Shown here piece after piece: positions 21,409 through 33,155 of a DNA stretch of 33,981 nt. A program made the position numbers and the translations under genes. Under the pieces are notes generated by a model. The model did no database searches. It had not been told where the DNA came from and was given only the letters and a program-made list of their open reading frames with translations. Every line of letters begins with the position of its first letter. Positions within the stretch are counted from its first letter, which is position 1. This stretch comes from Lama guanicoe (taxonomy: Eukaryota): positions 1-33,981 of the forward strand of contig MU053073.1 in NCBI GenBank assembly GCA_013239625.1. Direction: 5' to 3'.

Positions 21409-22047
21409 GTCCGTGCCCACTCCCCACCCTGGGCAGCCCCCTGCCTGCTGCCACCTGGTGGCCCTGCTTGCTGCCCACCGGCTGCTCCCATTCCACGCTG
21501 CCGCGTCCATCAGCAGAGGTGGGGCCGGGCCTCCGGGCTCCCTCACCGCCTCCTCCCGCCCACATTCCACTGCTTTGCTGCTTCTGCCGATTGGAACTGG
21601 GATGCACAGTGTTCCGCTGTCATTAGTCACCAGCCAGCCAGGCCCCTGCCTTCGGGCAGGGTGGCCCCTCCCTCTGCTTAGCTAATTACATCTTCAGGAC
21701 ACTGAGCGTGATATCCAGCATCACCCAACCCTGACGCCGAGAAGAGGCCCTCTCCCACGCTCCTTGGCCAACTCTAAGATCTAACCTTAGTCCCCTCTAC
21801 TGCACTCATCTACTAAGGTGGCTGGAGCTGGGGCCTCCCCTCCTGCCCTTCCTCCCTCCATGGGGGTGTCTGATGTCCCCAGCGAGGCTGGGCCACGGCT
21901 CCAGGAGAGGAATGTGTGTCCCTGCTCTGCTGTGCCGCTCACGCTGCCAGGCTGAGCTGGGGGAGTGCCTGCGGGTCCTACCCCTGCTGAGGTGCCCGCT
22001 GGAGGGATGGTGTGTCACTTCTGCCATCTGTTGCACTCTCTTTGCAG

Positions 22048-22147
22048 GCAACAGAGACTGGGGAGCCCAGAGGGCAGGCTGGCTGTGGGCGGAGGGGCCC
22101 CCTGCGGAGAGGGGCCCGGGGGTCCAGGCCAGGCCCCACCGAGCTGG
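22048..22147 (+). CDS. TSPOAP1: exon 23 (ATETGEPRG...PTEL)
   Basis: tgcAG| acceptor, TGG|GTGAGC donor; 100 nt. Confidence 0.92.
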
Positions 22148-22233
22148 GTGAGCACCTGATGGGGGCTGGGCTAGGCTGAGCGGGCAGCCCTGCCCCCTTG
22201 ATCAGCACTTACTGCCGTTGCTCTCCCCCACAG

Positions 22234-22388
22234 CCCCTCCGAGGAACCCTCCAGAAGCAGCGCTGGCTTACCAGGACCTACCCATCAGGGTCTTTGTGGC
22301 TCTGTTTGACTATGACCCCGTGTCAATGTCACCCAACCCTGATGCCGGGGAGGAGGAGCTCCCCTTCCAGGAGGGCCAGATCCTGAAG
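22234..22388 (+). CDS. TSPOAP1: exon 24 (PPRNP...VFVALFDYDP...QILK), SH3-2
   Basis: cacAG| acceptor, AAG|GTGACT donor; 155 nt. Confidence 0.95.
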
Positions 22389-22434
22389 GTGACTGACTCA
22401 CTGCCAGGTCCTTCCTCCCTCCTTCCCTGCACTG

Positions 22435-22660
22435 GAGGGATGAGAACGCAGCTTCTAGAGCCAGATGCTGTGGGGTCGGGTCCTGATGCTGCCACTTCTA
22501 GCTGTGTAACCTTGAGTGGATTAACTAACTCCTCTGGGCCTCGGTTTCCTCACTGGTGAGAGGGGGGTAATGTCAGTGTCTACCTCACAGGGTTGTTTGA
22601 GGATTAAATGGCTCAGTGCCCATAGAACGCTGACTGACTGTTAACATCATAGCTTTTATT
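22435..22660 (+). mobile_element. MIR
   Basis: gccacttctagctgtgtaaccttgag...ctctgggcctcggtttcctca...acctcacagggttgtttgaggattaaatg. Confidence 0.88.
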
Positions 22661-22957
22661 GTGCCTCCAAGCATTTTTTGAAGGCTTTTGGCCATTGCTC
22701 TGAGGTCAGGGAGATCTAGTCTGGGGTGGGCTGGGGGAATGGATGTGCAGATAGTGGGCGATGGTCATGCGGAAAGGGCTGTTTTCTCTCATCCTTCTGA
22801 TCCTTATTTTTGGCCATTTCCTTATCTCCTGTACCATGGCGTGCTGAAGGCAGAGCATTCTCCTGTAGTCCCAAGTGTGGTGCTGCAGGTTCTGGCCTGG
22901 AGCGCAGGGAGCAAGCTCAACTGGCCTCCTGAGATAACTGGTCTTCTTCACCTCCAG

Positions 22958-23126
22958 GTGTTTGGGGACAAGGATGCCGATGGCTTCTACCGGGGTGAAG
23001 GTGGGGGCCGGATGGGCTACATCCCCTGCAACATGGTGGCCGAGGTGGCTGTGGACAGCCCTGCCGGGAGACAGCAGCTGCTCCAGCAGGGTTATTTGTC
23101 CCCTGATGTCCTTGTTGAGGGTCCAG
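22958..23126 (+). CDS. TSPOAP1: exon 25 (VFGDKDADGFY...GYIPCNMV...EGP), SH3-2
   Basis: tccAG| acceptor, CAG|GTATGA donor; 169 nt. Confidence 0.96.
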
Positions 23127-23509
23127 GTATGACCTGCTCCTGTCCCTCACCCACCTCTCGCCACCCCATTTCCAACTCAAACCCTGGCCCCACCCCAACC
23201 CTGGCCCAAGCAGTTTGTCTGTCTGGAGTGGCCTGGGTGCCTCATTCATCCACCGGCAGAGCCACTGGGGCCTTCAGGGACTAAGGCGAGTATGGCCACA
23301 GCAGCGAACTTTCCACATGGAATGGGGGTCTGTTGCAGAGGAGATGGGCCATGGATTTTGGATCCTGGAGGTTGGGGATGGGAGAGAAAGGCCTTTCAGA
23401 AATTTGAGTACAGGAACCCTGGCACAGCCCCAGAGGAGCCTCTGGAGTCACTGTCCTATCTCCCTCCCTGCCTCGGTTTCTCTTACATGTCCTTGCCTTT
23501 CTGGACCAG

Positions 23510-23581
23510 GGAACGGTCCCTTTGTGTACTCCACAGCCCGCACAACTGGGCCTCCCCCCAAACCCCGCCGCTCCAAGAAAG
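23510..23581 (+). CDS. TSPOAP1: exon 26 (GNGPFVYS...PRRSKK)
   Basis: accAG| acceptor, AAG|GTGGGT donor; 72 nt. Confidence 0.92.
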
Positions 23582-23999
23582 GTGGGTGAGACCCCCCTTC
23601 TCCCTCGGGGCCTGTGGATGAGGGGGGTGGAGGGCACTGCTTGGCTCTCTGGGGAGATGCAGGTGAGGTCCTGAGCAGGTAAAGGGAACCAGGGCAGATC
23701 TTCACCCACAGCCATCCCTTCCAGTGGGGAGCTTCATTCTAATGGGGATGGGGAGCAGTTTGCTGGGACCTCAGTTCCAAAAAGCACCCCACTATAAGTT
23801 CTACGCAACCTGGAGAAGTCACCTACCCTTTCGGGGCTTTAATTCCTACCAAAGCTAAGGGGCTGGGCTACTGTGCTCTCTGGGTGTCCTTCTGCAGCCC
23901 TTGGCTGAGGCTGAGCATCCTGCCTGCCCTTGCTCCAGCCCCCACCTGGGATGAGGAGGGACGCGAGGGGCGGGGCTCATGGGCACATTCTCTCCACAG

Positions 24000-24032
24000 C
24001 TGAATCGGAAGGCCCTGCGCAGCTCTGTGCAG
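24000..24032 (+). CDS. TSPOAP1: exon 27, 33 nt (AESEGPAQLCA)
   Basis: cacAG| acceptor, CAG|GTGAGG donor; phase 1/1. Confidence 0.88.
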
Positions 24033-24207
24033 GTGAGGGGCCATCCCTGAAACAGAAAGAGGTGGGGCGGGGCGGCCCCTCTGGCCTCTCCCCAGGGCCT
24101 GCGACTAGTGGGGCGTGGTGGATAGGGTCAGCAGGCCTCTGTGTGGAGGATAGTATAGGGCGGGGGAGCCTAGGAGAGTCCTGTGTCTTCTCCCCCACCT
24201 CCTGCAG

Positions 24208-24311
24208 ACCCACTCCAGCGGGTCTCCTCTGCTGGCCTGGAAGCTCCCCGCGGCATGGTGGCTGCCTTTGACTACAACCCCCGGGAGAGCTCCCCCAACA
24301 TGGACGTGGAG
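24208..24311 (+). CDS. TSPOAP1: exon 28 (...MVAAFDYNPRESSPNMDVE), SH3-3
   Basis: tgcAG| acceptor, GAG|GTGAGG donor; 104 nt. Confidence 0.95.
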
Positions 24312-24399
24312 GTGAGGGCCCTCTGAGAGCCCAGCCAAGGCGGGGGGTGGCAGGGCCTCCCTCCCTGGACCTGATAACTGCCCCTTGGTCTCTCCATAG

Positions 24400-24471
24400 G
24401 CGGAGCTGCCCTTCCGGGCAGGGGACGTCATTACAGTGTTCGGGGGCATGGACGATGATGGCTTCTACTAT
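24400..24471 (+). CDS. TSPOAP1: exon 29 (AELPFRAGDVITVFGGMDDDGFYY), SH3-3
   Basis: catAG| acceptor, TAT|GTGAGA donor; 72 nt. Confidence 0.95.
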
Positions 24472-24675
24472 GTGAGAACATGGGGGTGGGGGAGTGCCCC
24501 TGAGGCGGGGAAGGGGGATGAGCAACGTCTCCTGATGGAAGCCTGGAGGAATGGACTAGGTCACCTTCCATGATTGTGACCTTGAGCCCGGGTGGTTCCC
24601 CCAGGGCTTCAGAATCAAGGGGGTGGAGCTGAGGCCTCTTTCCTGGTCTCAGTCTCACCAGCATCTCCTCCTCAG

Positions 24676-24786
24676 GGGGAACTGAATGGACAGCGGGGCC
24701 TGGTTCCATCCAACTTCCTGGAGGGCCCTGAGCCTGAGGCAGGTGGCTCAGACAGGGAGCCTGGGACACCCCAGGCAGAGGGGCAG
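24676..24786 (+). CDS. TSPOAP1: exon 30 (GELNGQRGLVPSNFL...AEGQ)
   Basis: ctcAG| acceptor, CAG|GTCAGT donor; 111 nt. Confidence 0.95.
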
Positions 24787-25422
24787 GTCAGTGAGGACCT
24801 GGGCTCCCAGTTCAGCAGTTGGCTCTCCTCACTGTTGGTGTGGTGGTGGGGGCAGGATGGCGTTGTGGGAGAGGTGCCTCTGGGCTGTGAGCCAGGTGTG
24901 CCCTGTGCCCAGGGCGGAGCTGCTGAGCCACATACAGCCAGAGGGCGCCCAGCTGGGGTGGCTCCCTCCCAGCATGTGCCCCTTTCTGAGGAGCGGGGAG
25001 GCTGCCACCTCTATCTCCGGCCCATCTGAGCTGGCTGCCCACACCCCGGGCCAGTGCAAGTGAGGGGCCCTGTGGAGAAGGACTCCAGATCTCCCCCCAC
25101 CTCTAACCGTCATAGCCCCCATTACAGTACGCCCCCTGCCCCCTTGCTGTATCTCCCTGTCTCCCAGGTGCCTTTTAAGGCCAGTTGCCCAGCAAGGCCC
25201 AGCTTCTTGGGTGGGTGGAGTACAGTGAAGCTCCAGGCTCACAGGATAGGGAGAGGATGAGGCCAGAGCCCCCAGTGGAAAACCCTGGGCCTCCATCTGC
25301 AAAGGGGCTTTGCAAAGCAGGGCCAGCCCCTGCGACCTGGTGACCTGGCGACCTGGTGACTGGGTGGAGAGCATGTGGGTCTGTCCATAACCCATCTCCT
25401 CTCTTTGTCCCCTGTTCTTCAG

Positions 25423-25452
25423 AGAACGAGGAGGAGAAGAGTCCAGTGCTAG
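25423..25452 (+). CDS. TSPOAP1: exon 31 coding part (RTRRRRVQC*); exon probably extends to 25484
   Basis: ttcAG| acceptor; matches recalled human C-terminus; GTAAGT donor at 25485. Confidence 0.92.
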   Translation, partial: RTRRRRVQC

Positions 25453-25684
25453 ATGGAGATAGATATATGTAGAGAGAGCGACGTGTAAGTGGGGACTGAA
25501 CCCCATGTCCATGTGACCCTGCTCTTTGTGGCACTGTAATCAGACAGCGCTCCTTTGTCTCTGACACTGGAGCTGACCTGGCTTTCCCCCGCTTCTTCCA
25601 GGGAACAGGGGAGGGAGATCTTGCCGTGATCCAGATTCGGTTATAGGATCATCCACTCCCCTTGCCTTACTCCGGGCGGTGCCA

Positions 25685-25895
25685 GCTGTCATAGGAATAC
25701 ATGTCATCATAGTATATAATGTCCCATGTTAGCTGACTTCTCATATTCTATAGCTCACGCGGCTTATAGAATATTATGTGACATCCATACTGTGACTCGT
25801 CAGTATATTATGATACTGTATGACTATGGTATTATAATATGGTTATTATTATTGGTGACAGAAGGTTGATGCTATGATGCCACCAGTAATAATAG
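25685..25895. repeat. AT-rich low-complexity (TAT/CAT) tract
   Basis: Abrupt drop in GC with repeated attat/catag words. Confidence 0.6.
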
Positions 25896-26804
25896 TCTCC
25901 CCACCCTTGTCCTCTGCATCATGACCTGTTAGGGGATCAGATGCATGATTTTATATCCAACTCTCAATTTTCTCTGCTCGGGGGAATAAAAGAGGAGGCT
26001 TAAACAGTTGGAGTTCGTAGGTAACCCCAAACCATTCATCTCTGGGGCTCAGAGACCCCTTCCATTTGTTTCCCCAGCAACCTCTCCCTTCTGGGAACCC
26101 TGGGAGGGAGTGGGAAGGGCCTGGCCCCTGCCACCCAGCCAATAGCCCTGGCTGGTTGGCAAGAGATTCTTTGACCTTTAGGTGCTAGGAGACCTCTCTG
26201 TGGGCAGGCCCTGCCACATCGCCAGGGTCTTGAGTGTGGGCCCCAGGCTGGGCACCTAGCTCCTGCCTCCGGCCTGGGCTCTGTGATTGGCCCTGCCAGC
26301 AGATGGCCAGGCTCTGGTGGAAGCCGGAGTTTGAGGAATGGAGTTGGGGGCAGGGGTGGAGAACGCACAGGCTGGCAAGACCTGACTGGGTGGTACCAGG
26401 CACAGGAGGGGATGTCAGCGATGTTGGGGCACTTCCTGGTGGCTCTCCTGTTTGCTCAAACCCTGCCCTCAGGCCACTAGCAACACAGTCTGGGTGGGTG
26501 GGTGGCAAAGGGAGCCAGGAGTGGGCAGGGCCGCCTCCGGGGCGATGCCCAACTGTGAGTGTCCTCTGCCCTGGGCTCCCTGCAACCCTCTCGGGGGCCA
26601 TTCAGGGAAGAGTCCGGATCTCCTCTCTCTGGAGTGGGCACTGGCTCCACTCTCTGAAGGCCCACGTGGGCATGCTCCTTCATCTGAGAGGTGGTGCGGA
26701 AACTGCCCTCCCTGGAGTGTTGGGAGGGGATGACGTGGGGGAGCTGGAGCATCTGTCCTGAGGGTCAAGTCCAAGGACGCTGTCAGCCCAGCATCCTACA
26801 GAGG

Positions 26805-26911
26805 ATCAGAGTTTACTGGTTAGCTAAAGGGCAGAGAGCCAGAGGAAAGTAAAAGGTAGTGTTTGCTTTTAACAAAGCAGACTGGGTAGTATGTTAAGTG
26901 TTAGGGTGGAC
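26805..26911 (+). repeat. 107-bp direct repeat, copy 2
   Basis: Ungapped match to 16-122; differences at 26840, 26849, 26861. Confidence 0.97.
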
Positions 26912-28999
26912 TAGGGAAGAACTCAAGACGGGCAGAAATTTCCTCCTGGACTTTCTATGTCAACATCCATTTCAGTTTTGGACCTTTCACCAGAGTGCTC
27001 ATGTGATGGAGAGGAGGAGCTCTGCCCACCCATGAAGTTACTTCCCAGACCAACAGGTCTCTGCCCGGCTGCTCGAGAAAGGCAGCTCATCCTCTGAGGT
27101 TCCTGGGGCCCCACAGGAGTGTGAAGTGCAGGAAAATGGAGTCCACTTTGTGTAGAAAGCTAACCCATCCTATTTGGACTCATAGAGTGAACCGGGCCAA
27201 AAAGAGGAGGTGTGACCCTCTTGTCTACACTCTATGACTACACCTCCTCACTCCTCCAAGTCCTCGGGCCCCTTTCCTCTGGATCTACCCTGAACCTGCT
27301 CTGAGGTCACCGGGGATGCCCCAGTGACTGGAAATCCGGGCAATACTCTTTCAGTCCATGATCCACTCACCACTCTCCAACACTGGGAAGGCTTTAGCCA
27401 CTGCCTCTTTCCAAGGAGCCTCTTCCCCCTCGGTTCCAGTTAAATCTGTTCCTCTTCCTGCCTTCTCTCTTGGGACTCATGGAACTGTTACCCCAAAAGG
27501 GAAAGGGAAAAGACTCCAGCTCTTGTCACACCTGAAAGATAAGACAACAGGAGACAGCGTTGTGCAGCAAAAGATTTCACAGGATTTACTCAGGAAAAGG
27601 AAAAGCACTCCTCCAAGAACCGGGGGTGGGCAGGTCCAGGGCAGACAGCAATAGTCTTTGTCTACCTTCCTCTGCTACCCTCGCTTACAGGTGGTCTCTT
27701 GACTGGCTGACGGCTCTTGCCCCAGAGTGCTCAGTCGTGCCCGGCCCTGGGGCGCATGTCTTTACTCATGATGCACACAGAAAGACCCAAGGAGGGGGGG
27801 CTAAACTGCAGTGCTAATAGCACTAGGTCACATCTGGTTGGGTCCTTCTTGCTACCCCACAGTCTCCACCCTTGGGTTCTAACCAGTTTCTTGCTGGCAC
27901 TCGTTCAGAGGAAGTAAAGACCCTTTATGCTGCAGGCGGGCACACTGCCATCTTCCAGACCCTCCTCCCTCTCCTCCACCTGTCTGCCCGGTACCCCCAC
28001 TTATCTAACTGCCTAACAGTCTTCAGGTAACAACTGTTCAAACAGAAGTGTGGGGACCATGGCTGCACCTTCACTCAAACTCCAGTGAACCTGAGCCCCT
28101 GACACTGATGGAATCATCACGTCTCGAGCCAGCATCACCTTCTCACCTGGATTTGTGGAGCAGCCTCTCCCTGCCTGACTGCCGTTTGCCCCTCCAACCC
28201 ACTCCACCTGCTGTGGGGCCACTGGCGAGTGTGCAGAGCAGAGCCTGTCTAGTCCCTGCTGACTGGGCTTCGGTGCTGTTCTGCAGCCCAAAGCATGGAA
28301 AGGCGGTTCTTTTCAGAGCTAACTCCTCCACCAAGTGACAGTTCGTGCATCCCCGGTGAAGACCGTGACGGCCCCGAGGGTGCATGGAGCCTGGTAAGAA
28401 CTTGTCTGTTGGGAACGTTTAGGGTGAATCTTCCTTTTATTCAGTCGGTGCTGTTTAGTCTTAAAGTCGTGTTTGATTCCTTAGGGGGAATGGTGTTGGT
28501 ATTATTCTCATCACCTCCCACCCCCCTGCGCCCAGCCCCAGCCCAGAGCCAAACAGAGGTGTGCAGAGATGTCTCTCACACTACTGTGGACGTGGGTTGC
28601 TTCGGGACTATACCCACTGATCCATGCCTCCTCCCTGAAACCCTCCAACTGTCTCATAGGCCTCCTCTCACCCGCCCTCGAGTCAGGGGCATGGCCAAGC
28701 ACAAGGACCCCTGCTGGACAGGTGTCACTCACAGCCTGGGCGTGGGGGCGGGAGGGCAGCACCCTGGGTGCGGCACACAGGCTGGGGAGCAAGGATCCTG
28801 CTGGGACTGTGGGAGGCGGACTTCGTCATTACCAGAGGGTGGGGTGACCCTGGTTCCCTTGGGAGACGAGACTGCTCGTTTAGATGGCTGTGCTGGCTGG
28901 AAGGGCATGGACTTGCTGGGTAAACACAGCTGGTCTGGCGGGAGAGGAACTGGCCAGGTGGGGAGCCTCTGCTGCATGGCGGGGAACACGCCCGCTCTC

Positions 29000-29490
29000 A
29001 CCTGACAGTCCCCCAGGGAGCAGAGGTGCCCCTGCAGGAGCTCAGGGGGCCCTAGGAGGTTCCCCCGAGCACGGCACCTTGACACGTCGAACATCCTAGC
29101 TGGAGGAGCCGGGTGAGCAAGAGCAGGAGGGCGGCCACTGGGACCTGCCCCCCACCTCCTCCCTGAAAGGAGGAGCCAGCCCCGCCCTGCCGACTCCCAG
29201 ACCTGGGGACAGAGGACAACGGGACACAGCTCTCCACCGTTCACTGCCCCCACCTGAGCCCCTCCAGCCTCCAAGCCTTCACATATTTACTGTTTCTTTA
29301 TCTAAAAGGTAAAAAGTCTTCCTGCTCTGGCCACTCCTTTAGGACTTCATCCTCCTGTGAAGGGCCCCGTGTACGTGGAAAGCCTCAGCACACTTGCCAC
29401 GCTTTTCTCCTTGCTCATCTGTCTTTTGTGCATTTACTTCTTAGCCGGAGACCCCGGGAGGGGGAGGAGGGCTTGTCCTCTGCTGCGGCA
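29000..29490 (+). mobile_element. degenerate ERV1-type solo LTR
   Basis: gaagggccccgtgtac...gcttttctccttgctcatctgtcttttgt resembles R/U5 of MER34/MER39-type LTRs; left boundary uncertain. Confidence 0.5.
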
Positions 29491-30727
29491 GCCGTGCAAA
29501 GCCAGGCCTCACAAGACGAGACGCTAACATCGGCGTGAACTTAGTGGTGACTCAGACTCTTAGGGAGCAGGACAAACGCCTCCCCAGGAAGCAAAGTAGG
29601 TCCTTGAGGAGGAGGGAGAGAACCAGGAAACGTGAACTCAGAGGTGCCCGCCCTTGTGGCCACTAAAAACAGTTGTGGGTCTGAGTGGCAAGGGTGAGGC
29701 AGGATTTTAGCTTCACCGATGCCTGTGGCTATGGTGACACCTCCAGGCCCATGTGCTGCTCTGTAACTTAAATAAGAGCTCTGGGAAGAGCCCGCAGGTC
29801 CTCTTAATTAAACCAATTCATCTGGCCACCAGGGGCATATGGACCCTCAAAGTCCCACTGAAATCTTCCTTCGAGAGCGCAGCACGGTTTTCTGAGAAGA
29901 GACTTGAACCTCACGGTGGTAATGCCTGGAGCTCCACGGGGACGCAGCATGTGCCGGGGGCGGGGGAGGATGTCCTGGGGCTGAGTGCTCGCGGAGGTGT
30001 CTGTCACCTTGCTTTATACGTGGTCTCTGCAAAGGAAAGGCCCCCCAGAGCTCTTTACCCCAGAGGGTGTGGATTCCGATGGGGACGGACCTGACAGAAT
30101 TTGGTGCAGGGCCCCACCTCAGGTGGACTGACTAGCAGGTCACAGCATCAGTCAGATTAAATAAAATCAGTAAATGCAGAACTTGTTGTCTCCAGAACCA
30201 TGCAGGACTAAAAGTTGTCAGACTTACATCGGTAGTTCGGACGCTGGAGGGACAACAGCCAGGTCTTGACGTTGTCAGCAGTGGAGCGGTCCTCAGTTCA
30301 CCCAACAATCCTAGGGGATTTCACCCGGGTGGGGGTTAGGGGCTTCCTCTGGACCAGGCACGTTGCCAGCATCCATGTGTCCAGAACAAGCACTTGCATG
30401 AACACCTGGAGCTGCTCAGAGGATGATGTTACCTGTGCAACATCACCCCTGGGCTCTGGAGGAAGGTGGGGTGGGGGGGGGGTTGAGACCTCCCCTGCAG
30501 AGTGTGTGCAGCTACGAGGCTGCCGCCCCCGGGGAGCCCGGCAGAGGCACGTGGAGTCCCTCCAGAGACAAAGGCATACCGAGGCCACACAGAACAGATG
30601 TGCCATTTCTGTAACAGTGACTTCCAAACGGGCTGCTGGCAGTACCATGGTGTGGAGGGGCTGGGATCCACTGTGGGGGCTGTTCACGCTCCTCCAGTTG
30701 AGAACACACCAAAGTGGGTTAGTACCT

Positions 30728-31306
30728 NNNNNNNNNNNNNNNNNNNNNNNNNNNNNNNNNNNNNNNNNNNNNNNNNNNNNNNNNNNNNNNNNNNNNNNNN
30801 NNNNNNNNNNNNNNNNNNNNNNNNNNNNNNNNNNNNNNNNNNNNNNNNNNNNNNNNNNNNNNNNNNNNNNNNNNNNNNNNNNNNNNNNNNNNNNNNNNNN
30901 NNNNNNNNNNNNNNNNNNNNNNNNNNNNNNNNNNNNNNNNNNNNNNNNNNNNNNNNNNNNNNNNNNNNNNNNNNNNNNNNNNNNNNNNNNNNNNNNNNNN
31001 NNNNNNNNNNNNNNNNNNNNNNNNNNNNNNNNNNNNNNNNNNNNNNNNNNNNNNNNNNNNNNNNNNNNNNNNNNNNNNNNNNNNNNNNNNNNNNNNNNNN
31101 NNNNNNNNNNNNNNNNNNNNNNNNNNNNNNNNNNNNNNNNNNNNNNNNNNNNNNNNNNNNNNNNNNNNNNNNNNNNNNNNNNNNNNNNNNNNNNNNNNNN
31201 NNNNNNNNNNNNNNNNNNNNNNNNNNNNNNNNNNNNNNNNNNNNNNNNNNNNNNNNNNNNNNNNNNNNNNNNNNNNNNNNNNNNNNNNNNNNNNNNNNNN
31301 NNNNNN
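30728..31306. other. assembly gap (579 N)
   Basis: Run of n. Confidence 1.
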
Positions 31307-32271
31307 GAGGCTGGTGCAGGGCAGACCTCAGGGTTCCTGCAGCAGAGCCACGGTCTCCCATGGTGGCCTTTTTTCACCATCTAAATCCCTCTTTGCTCCG
31401 ACAGCCTGTTTCTCACTTTGTCACAATCCTCCCTCCTCTCTGCTCTCCTGGGAGCTGCATCCATCCTGAGCAGGCTCTGGGGCTGCGGGGCCACTGTCCC
31501 CACTTGTCCCAGAGCAAACCCTCCACGTGCACATGCACGGGCAATGTCCCCTCACCGAGTGTCTCCAGGAGGAGGAGATAGTGCAGACTTCAGAGAAATA
31601 GTTTTGATTTAGATCAGATGAGTCACCTCGGGTGAGGCATGGTGAGGCCAGAAGCAGGTCAAGGGCAGAGACAGGAAGGAGTCTGACAGCTTTGTGAGCC
31701 CAGCACCCTGGGGAAAGGAGGCCCAGGGTCAGCCAAGGCACAGCAAGAGAGGGACAGCTGAGGACACACCTTTACTGTGGTTTCTGTCAAAGGAAGCGGG
31801 GTGGCAGGGCAGACAGGCCTGGGGACAGCTGATCTGGATCAGTCTGACAGGTTCTGGGGCACAGGGCTGCTCCTGGTTGTCTGGGACCTGGCCCCGGGCA
31901 GTTAGGGCAGATGTACAGTGGCCTGGAGTATGAGAGCCCCACATGGGAGGTGGTTGGAGTGCGGGCTTAAGGGAATGCACTAGAAAGGGAAATGAGCAGC
32001 TTCTAGTTGGGGCCTCAAAACTGAGTCAAAGCCACCTGTTAAAAACCATCCCACACTCACCAGAGCCAGCAGCTGCTGCAGCTGGTCCAGGGCCAGCCCT
32101 GCCCACCACACAGCCTTGCGTAGCTGCACCCCAGAGTGCCTGGCGCTGGTCTTCAGGTGCGGCTGTGCTTGTGAACCCACAGGGAATCTCCCCCCAAAAG
32201 GCCTCTCCTTCAAGATGGGGAGGGATAGCTGATCTACGTAGTACGTAGAAATAGACAGAGAATCAGGCAAA

Positions 32272-33155
32272 ATGAGGAGACGCAGGATGACGTTCCAATC
32301 AAGAGAACAAGACAAAACCTCAGAAGAACTGAATGAAATGGAGATCAGCACCCTAACTGATAAAGGGCTAAAAGTAATAGTCATGCAGGTGCTCAGAGAG
32401 CTCAGGGGAAGGGTGGATGAACACAGGGAGAGCTTCAACAAAGAGAAAACATAAGAAAACACCAAACAGTAGTTATAATTATATGCTGGAAAAACGCCTC
32501 TTAGAGGTTCAACAGTAGATTGAATGAGGAAGAAGGACAGACCAGTGAGCTGGAAGACAAAGCAATGGAGCTTACCCAGAGGAGCAAAAATAAATGAAAA
32601 AGAAATTTTAAAAAGTGAAGATACCCTAAGAGGCCTCTGAGACAGCATCAAGCAGAATAATATTTGCATTATGGGGGTTCCAAAAGCAGAAGAGATTTTT
32701 TTTTAAAGGGCAAGAAAAAATTATTAGAAGAATTAGTGAATGACAGCTTCCCTAATCCAGAGAAGGAAACAAACATCCAGGTCCAGGAAGCCCAGAGAGT
32801 TCTGAATAAGATGAATCCAGAGAGACCACGTCAAGACACATTGTAATTAAGATGGTAAAAGTTAATGATAAAGAGAGAATCCTAAATGCAGCAAGAGAAA
32901 AACAACTTGTTCAGACCAGGGACCCCCAACAAGACCGTCAGCAAACTGTTCAGGAGAACACTTCCAGGCCAGAAGAGAGTGGTATAACATACTCAGAACC
33001 CTGAGAGAAGAAATCCTCCAGCCGAGAAGCCTCTGCCAGCAAGGTTACCACTCAGCACTGAAGGGGAGATCCAGAGTTTCCCAGGTAAGCAAGGGCTAAA
33101 GGAATTCACCACCAGTAACCCGGCCCTACAAGAAATAGTAAGTGGACTTCATTAA
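32272..33155 (+). mobile_element. decayed LINE-1 ORF1 (stops and frameshifts)
   Basis: MRRRRMTFQSREQDKT..., FPNPEKETNIQVQEAQRVLNKMNPERP, and C-terminal LKEFTTSNPALQEIVSGLH* match L1 ORF1p motifs. Confidence 0.9.

Larger units (their letters stand above)
3308..25452 (+). other. TSPOAP1: TSPOAP1 (BZRAP1/RIMBP1) coding span, 31 coding exons, 1859 aa
   Basis: Exon translations match the recalled human RIM-BP1 sequence (MEQLT..., RKSSFPETEEKVRRLKRKN, SH3 [23 protein letters not shown]3s, RTRRRRVQC*). Exon lengths sum to 5580 nt with consistent phases. Confidence 0.98.

Noticed and set aside
8421..22965. Other AG|GT exon starts (exons 9, 13, 15, 25) as recursive sites
   Set aside because: Following bases (GTGGAG, GTCCGG, GTGGAC, GTGTTT) are poor donor matches, unlike exon 4.
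25334..25360. Short tandem GACCTGGY x3
   Set aside because: Tiny intronic minisatellite with no spacers or evidence of function.
25423..25452. Polybasic C-terminus ending in Cys as a prenylation signal
   Set aside because: VQC* is not a CaaX, CC or CxC motif.
30100..30720. Possible hAT/Charlie DNA transposon remnant
   Set aside because: Resemblance too weak to assign without a search.
30266..31581. Long ORFs spanning 30.3-31.6 kb
   Set aside because: Artefacts of the 579-N gap.
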